Source: Convolutriloba macropyga
Lineage: Eukaryota
NCBI RefSeq assembly: GCF_964194025.1
Contig: NC_134482.1
Location: forward strand, 38,874,001-38,938,000
Length of the DNA stretch: 64,000 nt
Direction: 5' to 3'
Below the pieces are notes generated by a model, which was not told the DNA's origin, searched no databases, and saw only the letters and a program-made list of their open reading frames with translations. The translations under genes were made by a program, and so were the position numbers. The stretch's first letter is position 1. Every line of letters begins with the position of its first letter. This document shows, piece after piece, positions 1 to 11,950 of this stretch.

Positions 1-3000
1 AAATCAAATTACTTTCCTCCTGTTGCCTGAAGCTATTACACAAGTAATGGTTTCGAATGTTTAGACTCATAACGCAAGTTGTGGGTCGTCACATTCAATT
101 TGAATTTCTTTGAAATATATATTTTCATTCTTGTATAAATTTCAAATCATATGCTTAAAATCAAATTACTTTCCTCCTGTTGCCTGAAGCTATTACACAA
201 GTAATGGTTTCTAGTGTTTAGGCTCATAACGCAAGTTATGGGTCGTCACATTCCGGTTTGAATCTCTTTGGGATATATGTTAAATCTTGAAGTATAAATT
301 TTAAACTACTTGCATTAAATCTAATAACTTTCTTCTAGTTGCCTGAAGCTATTACACAAGTAATGGTTTCAAATGTTTAGACTCATAACGCAAGTTGTGG
401 GTCGTCACATTCAATTTGAATTTCTTTGAAATATATATTTTCATTCTTGTATAAATTTCAAATCATATGCTTAAAATCAAACTAATTTCCTCCTGTTGCC
501 TGAAGCTATTGCACAAGTAATGGTTTCTAGTGTTCAGGCTCATAACGCAAGTTGTGGGTCGTCACATTCAATTTGATTTTCTTTGAGATATGTATTTTCA
601 TTCTTGTGGTATAAATTTCAAAACATATGCTTAAAATCAAACTAATTTCCTCCTGTTGCCTGAAGCTATTGCACAAGTAATGGTTTCTAGTGTTTAGGCT
701 CATAACGCAAGTTATGGGTCGTCACATTCAATTTGAATTTCTTTGAAATATATATTTTCATTCTTGTATAAATTTCAAATCATATGCTTAAAATCAAATT
801 ACTTTCCTCCTGTTGCCTGAAGCTATTACACAAGTAATGGTTTCGAATGTTTAGACTCATAACGCAAGTTGTGGGTCGTCACATTCAATTTGAATTTCTT
901 TGAAATATATATTTTCATTCTTTTATAAATTTCAAATCATATGCTTAAAATCAAATTACTTTCCTCCTGTTGCCTGAAGCTATTACACAAGTAATGGTTT
1001 CTAGTGTTTAGGCTCATAACGCAAGTTATGGGTCGTCACATTCCGGTTTGAATCTCTTTGGGATATATGTTAAATCTTGAAGTATAAATTTTAAACTACT
1101 TGCATTAAATCTAATAACTTTCTTCTAGTTGCCTGAAGCTATTACACAAGTAATGGTTTCAAATGTTTAGACTCATAACGCAAGTTGTGGGTCGTCACAT
1201 TCAATTTGAAATTCTTTGAAATATATATTTTCATTCTTGCATAAATTTCAAATCATATGCTTAAAATCAAATTACTTTCCTCCTGTTGCCTGAAGCTGTT
1301 ACACAAGTAATGGTTTCTAGTGTTTAGGCTCATAACACAAGTTATGGGTTGTCACATGCCGGTTTGAATTCCTTTGAGATATATATTTTTATTCTTGTGG
1401 TATAAATTTCAAAACATATGTTTGAAATCAAATTACTTTCCTCCTGTTGCCTGAAGCTATTACACAAGTAATGGTTTCTAGTGTTTAGGTTCATAACGCA
1501 AGTTATGGGTCGTCACATTCCGGTTTGAATCTCTTTGGGATATAAGTTAAATCTTGAAGTATAAATTTTAAACTACTTGCATTAAATCTAATAACTTTCT
1601 TCTAGTTGCCTGAAGCTATTACACAAGTAATGGTTTCGAATGTTTAGACTCATAACGCAAGTTGTGGGTCGTCACATTCAATTTGAATTTCTTTGAAATA
1701 TATATTTTCATTCTTGTATAAATTTCAAAACATATGCTCGAAATCAAATTACTTTCCTCCTGTTGCCTGAAGCTGTTACACAAGTAATGGTTTCTAGTGT
1801 TTAGGCTCATAACACAAGTTATGGGTTGTCACATGCCGGTTTGAATTCCTTTGAGATATATACTTTTATTCTTGTGGTATAGATTTCAAAACATATGCTT
1901 GAAATCAAATTACTTTCCTCCTGTTGCCTGAAGCTTTTACACAAGTAATGGTTTCTAGTGTTTAGGCTCATAACGCAAGTTATGGGTCGTCACATTCAAT
2001 TTGAATTTCTTTGAGATATGTATTTTCATTCTTGTTGTATAAATTTCAAAACACATGCTTAAAATCAAACTAATTTCCTCCTGTTGCCTGAAGCTATTGC
2101 ACAGGTAATGGTTTCTAGTGTTTAGGCTCATAACGCAAGTTGTGGGTCGTCACATTCAATTTGAATTTCTTTGAGATATGTATTTTCATTCTTGTGGTAT
2201 AAATTGCAAAACATATGCTTAAAATCAAACTAATTTCCTGCTGTTGCCTGAAGCTATTGCACAAGTAATGGTTTCTAGTGTTTAGGCTCATAACGCAAGT
2301 TATGGGTCGTCATATTCAATTTGAATTTCTTTGAGATATATATTTTCATTCTTGTGGTATAAATTTCAAAACATATGCTTAAAATCAAACTAATTTCCTC
2401 CTGTTGCCTGAAGCTTTTACACAAGTAATGGTTTTGTAGTGTTTAGGCTCATAACGCAAGTTATGGGTCGTCATATTCCGGTTTGAATCCCTTTGGGATA
2501 TGTGTTAAATCTTGAAGTATAAATTTTAAACTACTTGCCTTAAATCTAATAACTTTCTTCTAGTTGCCTGAAGCTATTACACAAGTAATGGTTTCGAATG
2601 TTTAGACTCATAACGCAACCTGTGGGTCGTCACATTCAATTTGAATTTCTTTGAGATATGTATTTTCATTCTTGTGGTATAAATTTCAAAGAATATGCTT
2701 AAAATCAAACTAATTTCCTCCTGTTGCCTGAAGCTATTGCACAAGTAATGGTTTCTAGTGTTCAGGCTCATAACGCAAGTTATGGGTTGTCACATTCCGG
2801 TTTGAATTCCTTTGAGATATATACTTTCATTCTTGTGGTATAGATTTGAAAACATATGCTTGAAATCAAATTACTTTCCTCCTGTTGCCTGAAGCTTTTA
2901 CACAAGTAATGGTTTCTAGTGTTTAGGCTCATAACGCAAGTTATGGGTCGTCATATTCCGGTTTGAATCCCTTTGGGATATGTGTTAAAACTTGAAGTAT

Positions 3001-6000
3001 ATATTTGAAACTACTTGCCTTAAATCTAATAACTTTCTTCTAGTTGCCTGAAGCTATTACACAAGTAATGGTTTCGAATGTTTAGACTCATAACGCAAGT
3101 TGTGGGTCGTCACATTCAATTTGAATTTCTTTGAGATATATGTTAATTCTTGAGGTATAAATTTCAAAACATATGCTTAAAATCAAATTACTTTCCTCCT
3201 GTTGCCTGAAGCTATTACACAAGTAATGGTTTTTAGTGTTTAGGCTCATAACGCAAGTTATGGTTCGTCATTTTCCGGTTTGAATCCCTTTCGGATATGT
3301 GTTAAATCTTGAAGTATAAATTTTAAACTATTTGCCCAAAATCTAATAACTTTCTTCTAGTTGCCTGAAGCTAATACACAAGTAATGGTTTCTAGTGTTT
3401 AGGTTCATAACGCAAGTTATGGGTCGTCACATTCCGGTTTGAATCTATTTGGGATATATGTTAAATCTTGAAGTATAAATTTTAAACTACTTGCATTAAA
3501 TCTAATAACTTTCTTCTAGTTGCCTGAAGCTATTACACAAGTAATGGTTTCGAATGTTTAGACTCATAACGCAAGTTGTGGGTCGTCACATTCAATTTGA
3601 ATTTCTTTGAAATATATATTCATTCTTGTATAAATTTCAAAACATATGCTCGAAATCAAATTACTTTTCCTCCTGTTGCCTGAAGCTGTTACACAAGTAA
3701 TGGTTTCTAGTGTTTAGGCTCATAACACAAGTTATGGGTTGTCACATGCCGGTTTGGATTCCTTTGAGATATATTTTTTTATTCTTGTGTTATAAATTTC
3801 AAAACATATGCTTGAAATCAAATTACATTCCTCCTGTTGCCTGAAGCTATTACACAAGTAATGGTTTCTAGTGTTTAGGCTCATAACGCAAGTTATGGGT
3901 CGTCACATTCCGTTTTGAATCTCTTTGGGATATATGTTAAATCTTGAAGTATAAGTTTTAAACTTTTTGCACATAATCTAATAACTTTATTCTAGTTGCC
4001 TGAAGCTATTACTCAAGTAATGGTTTCGAATATTTAGACTCATAACGCAAGTTGTGGGTCGTCACATTCAATTTGAATTTCTTTGAAATATATATTCATT
4101 CTTGTATAAATTTCAAAACATATGCTCGAAATCAAATTACTTTCCTCCTGTTGCCTGAAGCTGTTACACAAGTAATGGTTTCTAGTGTTTAGGCTCATAA
4201 CACAAGTTATGGGTTGTCACATGCCGGTTTGGATTCCTTTGAGATATATTTTTTTATTCTTGTGGTATAAATTTCAAAACATATGCTTGAAATCAAATTA
4301 CTTTCCTCCTGTTGCCTGAAGCTATTACACAAGTAATGGTTTCTAGTGTTTAGGCTCATAACGCAAGTTATGGGTCGTCACATTCCGGTTTGAATCTCTT
4401 TGGGATATATGTTAAATCTTGAAGCATAAGTTTTAAACTTTTTGCACAAAATCTAATAACTTTATTCTAGTTGCCTGAAGCTATTACTCAAGTAATGGTT
4501 TCGAATGTTTAGACTCATAACGCAAGTTGTGGGTCGTCACATTCAATTTGAATTTCTTCGAGATATGTATTTTCATTCTTGAGGTATAAATTTCAAAACA
4601 TATGCTTTAAATCAAACTAATTTCCTCCTGTTGCCTGAAGCTATTGCACAAGTAATGGTTTCTAGTGTTTAGGCTCATAACGCAAGGTATGGGTTGTCAC
4701 ATTCCGGTTTGAATTCCTTTGAGATATATACTTTCATTTTTGTGGTATAGATTTCAAAACATATGCTTGAAATCAAATTACTTTCCTCCTGTTGCCTGAA
4801 GCTTTTACACAAGTAATGGTTTCTAGTGTTTAGGCTCATAACGCAAGTTATGGGTCGTCATATTCCGGTTTGAATCCCTTTGGGATATGTGTTAAATCTT
4901 GAAGTATAAATTTTAAACTACTTGCCTTAAATCTAATAACTTTCTTCTAGTTGCCTGAAGCTATTACACAAGTAATGGTTTCGAATGTTTAGACTCATAA
5001 CGCAAGTTGTGGGTCGTCACAATCAATTTGAATTTCTTTGAGATATATGTTAATTCTTGAGGTATAAATTTCAAAACATATGCTTAAAATCAAATTACTT
5101 TCCTCCTGTTGCCTGAAGCTATTACACAAGTAATGGTTTTTAGTGTTTAGGCTCATATCGCAAGTTATGGTTCGTCATTTTCCGGTTTGAATCCCTTTGG
5201 GATATGTGTTAAATCTTGAAGTATAAATTTTAAACTACTTGCCTTAAATCTAATAACTTTCTTCTAGTTGCCTGAAGCTATTACACAAGTAATGGTTTCG
5301 AATGTTTAGACTCATAACGCAAGTTGTGGGTCGTCACATTCAATTTGAATTTCTTTGAGATATGTGTTTTCATTCTTGTGGTATACATTTCAAAACATAT
5401 GCTTAAAATCAAATTACTTTCCTCCTGTTGCCTGAAGCTATTACACAAGTAATGGTTTCTAGTGTTTAGGCTCATAACGCAAGTTATGGGTCGTCACATT
5501 CCGGTTTCAATCTCTTTGGGATATAAGTTAAATCTTGAAGTATAAATTTTAAACTATTTGCCAAAAATCTAATAACTTTCTTTCTTGTTGCCTGAAGCTA
5601 TTACACAAGTAATGGTTTCGAATGTTTAGACTCATAACGAAAGTTGTGGGTCGTCACATTCAATTTGAATTTCTTTGAGATATAGGTTAATTCTTGAGGT
5701 ATAAATTTCAAAACATATGCTTAAAATCAAATTACTTTCCTCCTGTTGCCTAAAGCTATTACACAAGTAATTGTCTCTAGTATTTAGACTCATAACGCAA
5801 GTTATGGGTCGTCACATTCCGGTTTGAATCTCTTTGGGATATATGTTAAATCTTGAAGCATAAATTTTAAACTACTTGCATTAAAGCTAATAACTTTCTT
5901 CTAGTTGCCTGAAGCTATTACACAAGTAATGGTTTCGAATGTTTAGACTCATAACGCAAGTTGTGGGTCGTCACATTCAATTTGAATTTCTTTGAAATAT

Positions 6001-9000
6001 ATATTTTCATTCTTGTATAAATTTCAAATCATATGCTTAAAATCAAATTACTTTCCTCCTGTTGCCTGAAGCTATTACACAAGTAATGGTTTCTAGTGTT
6101 TAGGCTCATAACGCAAGTTATGGGTCGTCAGATTCCGGTTTGAATCTCCTTGGGATATATTTTAAATCTTGAAGTATTAATTTTAAACTATTTGCCAAAA
6201 ATCCAATAACTTCCTTTCTTGTTGGCTGAAGCTATTACACAAGTAATGGTTTCTAGTGTTTAGGCTCATAACGCAAGTTATGGGTCGTCATATTCCGGTT
6301 TGAATCCCTTTGGGATATGTGTTAAATCTTGAAGTATAAATTTTAAACTACTTGCCTTAAATCTAATAACTTTCTTCTAGTTGCCTGAAGCTATTACACA
6401 AGTAATGGTTTCGAATGTTTAGACTCATAACGCAAGTTGTGGGTCGTCACATTCAATTTGAATTTCTTTGAGATATATGTTAATTCTTGAGGTATAAATT
6501 TCAAAACATATGCTTAAAATCAAATTACTTTCCTCCTGTTGCCTGAAGCTATTACACAAGTAATGTTTTTAGTGTTTAGGCTCATATCGCAAGTTATGGT
6601 TCGTCATTTTCCGGTTTGAATCCCTTTGGGATATGTGTTAAATCTTGAAGTATAAATTTTAAACTACTTGCCTTAAATCTAATAACTTTCTTCTAGTTGC
6701 CTGAAGCTATTACACAAGTAATGGTTTCGAATGTTTAGACTCATAACGCAAGTTGTGGGTCGTCACATTCAATTTGAATTTCTTTGAGATATGTGTTTTC
6801 ATTCTTGTGGTATACATTTCAAAACATATGCTTAAAACCAAATTACTTTCCTCCTGTTGCCTGAAGCTATTACACAAGTAATGGTTTCTAGTGTTTAGGC
6901 TCATAACGCAAGTTATGGGTCGTCACATTCCGGTTTGAATCTCTTTGGGATATATGTTAAATCTTGAAGTATAAATTTTAAACTATTTGCCAAAAATCTA
7001 ATAACTTTCTTTCTTGTTGCCTGAAGCTATTACACAAGTAATGGTTTCGAATGTTTAGACTCATAACGAAAGTTGTGGGTCGTCACATTCAATTTGAATT
7101 TCTTTGAGATATAGGTTAATACTTGAGGTATAAATTTCAAAACATATGCTTAAAATCAAATTACTTTCCTCCTGTTGCCTAAAGCTATTACACAAGTAAT
7201 TGTCTCTAGTATTTAGACTCATAACGCAAGTCATGGGTCGTCACATTCCGGTTTGAATCTCTTTGGGATATATGTTAAATCTTGAAGCATAAATTTTAAA
7301 CTACTTGCATTAAAGCTAATAACTTTCTTCTAGTTGCCTGAAGCTATTACACAAGTAATGGTTTCGAATGTTTAGACTCATAACGCAAGTTGTGGGTCGT
7401 CACATTCAATTTGAATTTCTTTGAAATATATATTTTCATTCTTGTATAAATTTCAAATCATATGCTTAAAATCAAATTACTTTCCTCCTGTTGCCTGAAG
7501 CTATTACACAAGTAATGGTTTCTAGTGTTTAGGCTCATAACGCAAGTTATGGGTCGTCAGATTCCGGTTTGAATCTCCTTGGGATATATTTTAAATCTTG
7601 AAGTATAAATTTTAAACTATTTGCCAAAAATCCAATAACTTCCTTTCTTGTTGGCTGAAGCTATTACACAAGTAATGGTTTCGAATGTTTAGATTCATAA
7701 CGCAAGTTATGGTTCGTCACATTCAATTTGAGTTTCTTAGAGATAAATGTTAATTCTTGAGGTATAATTTTCAAAACATGCCTAAAATCAAATTACTTCT
7801 AGTTGCCTGAAGCTATTACACAAGTAATGGTTTCGAAAGTTTAGACTCATAACGCAAGTTGTGGGTCGTCACATTCAATTTGAGTTTCTTTGAATTAAAT
7901 GCTAATTATTGAGGTATAATTTTCAAAACATGCCTAAAATGAAATTAATTTCCTCCTGCTGCCTGAAGCTATTACACAAGTAATGGTTTCTAGTGTTTAG
8001 GCTCATAACGCAAGTTATGGGTCGTCACATTCAATTTGAGTTTCTTTGAATTAAATGCTAAGTATTGAGGTATAATTTTCAAAACATGCCTAAAATCAAA
8101 TTAATTTCCTCCTGTTGCCTGAAGCTATTACACAAGTAATGGTTTCTAGTGTTTAGGCTCATAACGCAAGTTATGGGTCGTCACATTCAATTTGAGTTTC
8201 TTCGAATTAAATGCTAATTATTCAGGTATAATTTTCAAAACATGCCTAAAATCAAATTAATTTCCTCGTATTGCCTGAAGCTATTACACAAGTAATGGTT
8301 TCTAGTGTTTAGGCTCATAACGCAAGTTATGGGTCGTCACATTCAATTTGAGTTTCTTTGAATTAAATGCTAAAATCAAATTAATTTCCTCCTGTTGCCT
8401 GAAGCTATTACACAAGTAATGGTTTCTAGTGTTTAGGCTCATAACGCAAGTTATGGGTCGTCACATTCAATTTGAGTTTCTTTGAATTAAATGCTAAGTA
8501 TTGAGGTATAATTTTCAAAACATGCCTAAAATCAAATTAATTTCCTCCTGTTGCCTGAAGCTATTACACAAGTAATGGTTTCTAGTGTTTAGGCTCATAA
8601 CGCAAGTTATGGGTCGTCACATTCAATTTGAGTTTCTTCGAATTAAATGCTAATTATTTAGGTATAATTTTCAAAACATGCCTAAAATCAAATTAATTTC
8701 CTCGTGTTGCCTGAAGCTATTACACAAGTAATGGTTTCTAGTGTTTAGGCTCATAACGCAAGTTATGGGTCGTCACATTCAATTTGAGTTTCTTTGAATT
8801 AAATGCTAAAATCAAATTAATTTCCTCCTGTTGCCTGAAGCTATTACACAAGTAATGGTTTCTAGTGTTTAGGCTCATAACGCAAGTTATGGGTCGTCAC
8901 ATTCAATTTGAGTTTCTTCGAATTAAATGCTAATTATTTAGGTATAATTTTCAAAACATGCCTAAAATCAAATTAATTTCCTCCTGTTGCCTGAAGCTAT

Positions 9001-9270
9001 TACACAAGTAATGGTTTCTAGTGTTTAGGCTCATAACGCAAGTTATGGGTCGTCACATTCAATTTGAGTTTCTTTGAATTAAATGCTAAGTATTGAGGTA
9101 TAATTTTCAAAACATGCCTAAAATCAAACTAATTTCCTCCTGTTGCCTGAAGCTATTACACAAGTAATGGTTTCGAATGTTTAGACTCATAACGCAAGTT
9201 GTGGGTCCTCACATTCAATTTGATTTTCTTTGAGATATATTTTAATTCTTGAGGTTTAAATTTATACGAT
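1..9270 (+). repeat. Tandem satellite array, ~156-160 bp monomer, ~58 copies, three monomer subtypes with higher-order repeats; continues off the left edge
   Basis: Core GTTGCCTGAAGCTATTACACAAGTAATGGTTTC...CTCATAACGCAAGTT(A/G)TGGGTCGTCACATT recurs at 22, 179, 338 and so on (e.g. 2403, 2563, 2723), the last near 9142. The remaining ~85 bp alternates between an A type (CAATTTGAATTTC...TTCCTCCT) and a B type (CCGGTTTGAATC...TTCTTCTA); a C type (~156 bp) occupies ~7740-9140. Confidence 0.97.
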
Positions 9271-9280
9271 ATCTTATTAT

Positions 9281-9895
9281 ATGATTTTCTTTGAGGTTAA
9301 TGTTCAGTATTGTTTCTCTTTCCTTAGACAAGAATCGTATTCGTCGGAGATTCTAATCTCCGTGATGCTGAGGGGCTGCTTGCTCTAAACGAGCGAGTTC
9401 GCCGTTATCGGTAAGTATTGTGTTATGTTGTTGGCTTTATCATGTAAATTTACTGACTTTTCTCTTGCTTTTTGCAGCCCGTCTTATAATTGCCAGGGCG
9501 GCCGGAGATCCATTCATCTCAGAGCATTGACCAGTGATCTTCTGAAATACACTCACGTTTTCATCATTTGCGGTGACAACGATTTAAACTCATCGAAAGT
9601 TGACGAAATCTGTAGAAACTTTGAATATGTCATTAAAGCGCTGCATCCGCGCATTGTTAGATTTAGTGGCTTTTTGCCCAGAGCGGATTTTGATCCGGAT
9701 CTGAGGACTAAAAGTAATCTTTATTTAGCTGAAAAGCTTAAAGATAGATACAAAAGCCCGAGACTTATAAAGAAAAGCGACTTTGACGCGAAGGGTAGAG
9801 ACAAGTTTCACCTTCGGCACACAAAAAATGGACTCAATCACATGATGCAGCACTGTTTAAGCTTTCTAGTTGACTCTTTTGGTGAATTACTATAA
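9281..9895 (+). CDS. Spliced SGNH/GDSL-family hydrolase (esterase/lipase fold), ~170 aa; exons 9328-9410 and 9478-9895, with a tentative first exon 9281-9295
   Basis: Exon 9328-9410 follows ...tttccttag and reads TRIVFVGDSNLRDAEG...RRYR (block I GDS). The 67 nt intron 9411-9477 has GTAAGT, a TACTGAC branch point, a pyrimidine tract and CAG, and joins in frame to the 9425-9895 ORF: PSYNCQGG (block II G), HVFIICGDND (block III GxND), GRDKFHL (block V DxxH). The start is uncertain: ATG at 9281 plus a 32 nt GT-AG intron (9296-9327) is in frame. Confidence 0.85.
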
Positions 9896-10045
9896 AAACT
9901 GAGCTTTAAATATGAGCTTCTGAAAAACTGAGCTATCTGAACTCTTCCTTTGTAGTTGTTCTAAAAGATTTCTTTGTAATTGCAATCTTCTGCCTTGTGT
10001 TTTTCTTTCTTTAGGGGAAGAAGATGCAGCAACATTTGATCCGCT

Positions 10046-10462
10046 NNNNNNNNNNNNNNNNNNNNNNNNNNNNNNNNNNNNNNNNNNNNNNNNNNNNNNN
10101 NNNNNNNNNNNNNNNNNNNNNNNNNNNNNNNNNNNNNNNNNNNNNNNNNNNNNNNNNNNNNNNNNNNNNNNNNNNNNNNNNNNNNNNNNNNNNNNNNNNN
10201 NNNNNNNNNNNNNNNNNNNNNNNNNNNNNNNNNNNNNNNNNNNNNNNNNNNNNNNNNNNNNNNNNANNNNNNNNNNNNNNNNNNNNNNNNNNNNNNNNNN
10301 NNNNNNNNNNNNNNNNNNNNNNNNNNNNNNNNNNNNNNNNNNNNNNNNNNNNNNNNNNNNNNNNNNNNNNNNNNNNNNNNNNNNNNNNNNNNNNNNNNNN
10401 NNNNNNNNNNNNNNNNNNNNNNNNNNNNNNNNNNNNNNNNNNNNNNNNNNNNNNNNNNNNNN
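10046..10462. other. Assembly gap (N run)
   Basis: Run of N with a single called base. Confidence 0.99.
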
Positions 10463-10935
10463 TATTCCCATTATTATTTCACTTTTATTATAATTTTTTT
10501 GTTGTTCGTCCTATTCTTTCTCTTTTTCTTGTTCTTGTTCTTCTATTCTTAATTTTTTATTCTTCTTGTTTTTGTTCCNNNNNNNNNNNNNNNNNNNNNN
10601 NNNNNNNNNNNNNNNNNNNNNNNNNNNNNNNNNNNNNNNNNNNNNNNNNNNNNNNNNNNNNNNNNNNNNNNNNNNNNNNNNNNNNNNNNNNNNNNNNNNN
10701 NNNNNNNNNNNNGTTATTATTTTTATTATTTTTTTATTATTGTTTTTAATTTTATTATTCTTATTCTTATTATTCTCATTATTAGATCACTTATATTATA
10801 ATTTTTTTGTTGTTTGTCTTATTCTTTCTCTTATTCTTGGTCTTATTCTTCGTCTTATTCTTAATTTTTTATTCTTCGTGTTTTTGTTCCAATTTTTATT
10901 CTTCTCAGCATTCGTATTCTTTTTCTTATTACTAT
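10463..10935. repeat. Low-complexity (TTA/TTC/TTG)n tract; a similar tract lies at ~11375-11630
   Basis: Degenerate triplet repeats that produce the spurious poly-L/F/I ORFs. Confidence 0.85.
10579..10712. other. Assembly gap (N run)
   Basis: Run of N. Confidence 0.99.
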
Positions 10936-10939
10936 CATT

Positions 10940-11950
10940 TGCAAAAGATATTGCGATCAAGATTTTTGTGAAAGAAGATATTGCAATCGGTATTTTTGCG
11001 AAAGATTTTGCGATCGAAATATTCCAAAAGATATTGCGATGAAAAGTTTTGCGAAAGATAGTGCGCTCAAAAGTATTGCGGAAGAAATTGCGATCAAAAT
11101 ATTGCAACCGAGTTTTGCGAAAGAAGTTATTGAGACCGAATTTTTTTGTTGAAGAAGATATTGCGGTCGAAATTTTCGATAAGCAGTATCTTGTTTTGCA
11201 ATATCTTTGCCAATATTTTGATTCCATTGCCTTCTTTCGTAAATTCGTTAGCAATAACATTTTTCGCAAAATGTTTTATTGCAGCATCGTGTGCAAAATC
11301 TTTGCTCTATTTTGATCAGAATATCTTCATTTGCAAAAACTTCCGTCGCAATATCTTTCGCAAATTTTGTTTGATTTGTTTTTATTAATATATTAATATT
11401 TTTACGATTTTTATTTTTGGAAATTACTATTACTATTATTGTTGCTGTTGTTCTTCTTATCATTGTTCTTATTTTTATTGTTTTTATTATTATTCTTATT
11501 TTTTCTGTTACTCTTATTCTTGTTCTCCTTGTTCTTGTTCTTATTCTTCTTCTAATTCTTGTTTTCTGTGTTATTCTGCTTCTTGTTTTTGTTCTTATTC
11601 CTATTCGTTTTCTTACTCTTACCATTATTATTTGCAAAAGATATTACGGTCAGAATTTTTGTGAAAGACGATTTTGTGATCGAAATTATTGCAAAAAAAT
11701 TTTGCGAAAGAAGATATTGCGATTGAAATTTTTGCGAAAGAACATATTGCGATCAAATTGTTTGCGAAAGAAGATATAGCGATTAAAATATTGCGAACAA
11801 TTTTTGCGAGAGAAGATATAGCGATTGAAGTATTGCAAACGACTTATGTGAAAGCAGATATTGCGGTCAAAACTTTTCCGAAAGAACATATTGTGGAAGA
11901 AGATATTGCGATAAAATTGTTTGCGAAAGAAGATATAGCGATTAAATTAA
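10940..11950. repeat. Degenerate ~30-33 bp minisatellite (GCGAAAGAAGATATTGCGAT...) in both orientations, interrupted by a low-complexity tract
   Basis: Motif on + at ~10940-11180 and ~11630-11950; inverted copies (CGCAATATCTT) at ~11190-11370. Confidence 0.8.

Noticed and set aside
22-95. Hammerhead ribozyme (retrozyme) in the satellite monomer
   Set aside because: The + strand has CTGAAGC rather than CUGANGA and no GAAA. The minus strand has GTGACGA...CGAAAC but no paired stem II and no NUH site.
1619-6904. Four 63-64 aa ORFs MSLNTRNHY...
   Set aside because: Chance open frames in satellite monomers; most units have stops.
1-9270. CRISPR array (constant repeat plus variable spacer appearance)
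   Set aside because: The 'spacers' are homologous variants of two or three types, not unique sequences; the core is ~72 bp; no cas genes; the context is eukaryotic and intron-containing.
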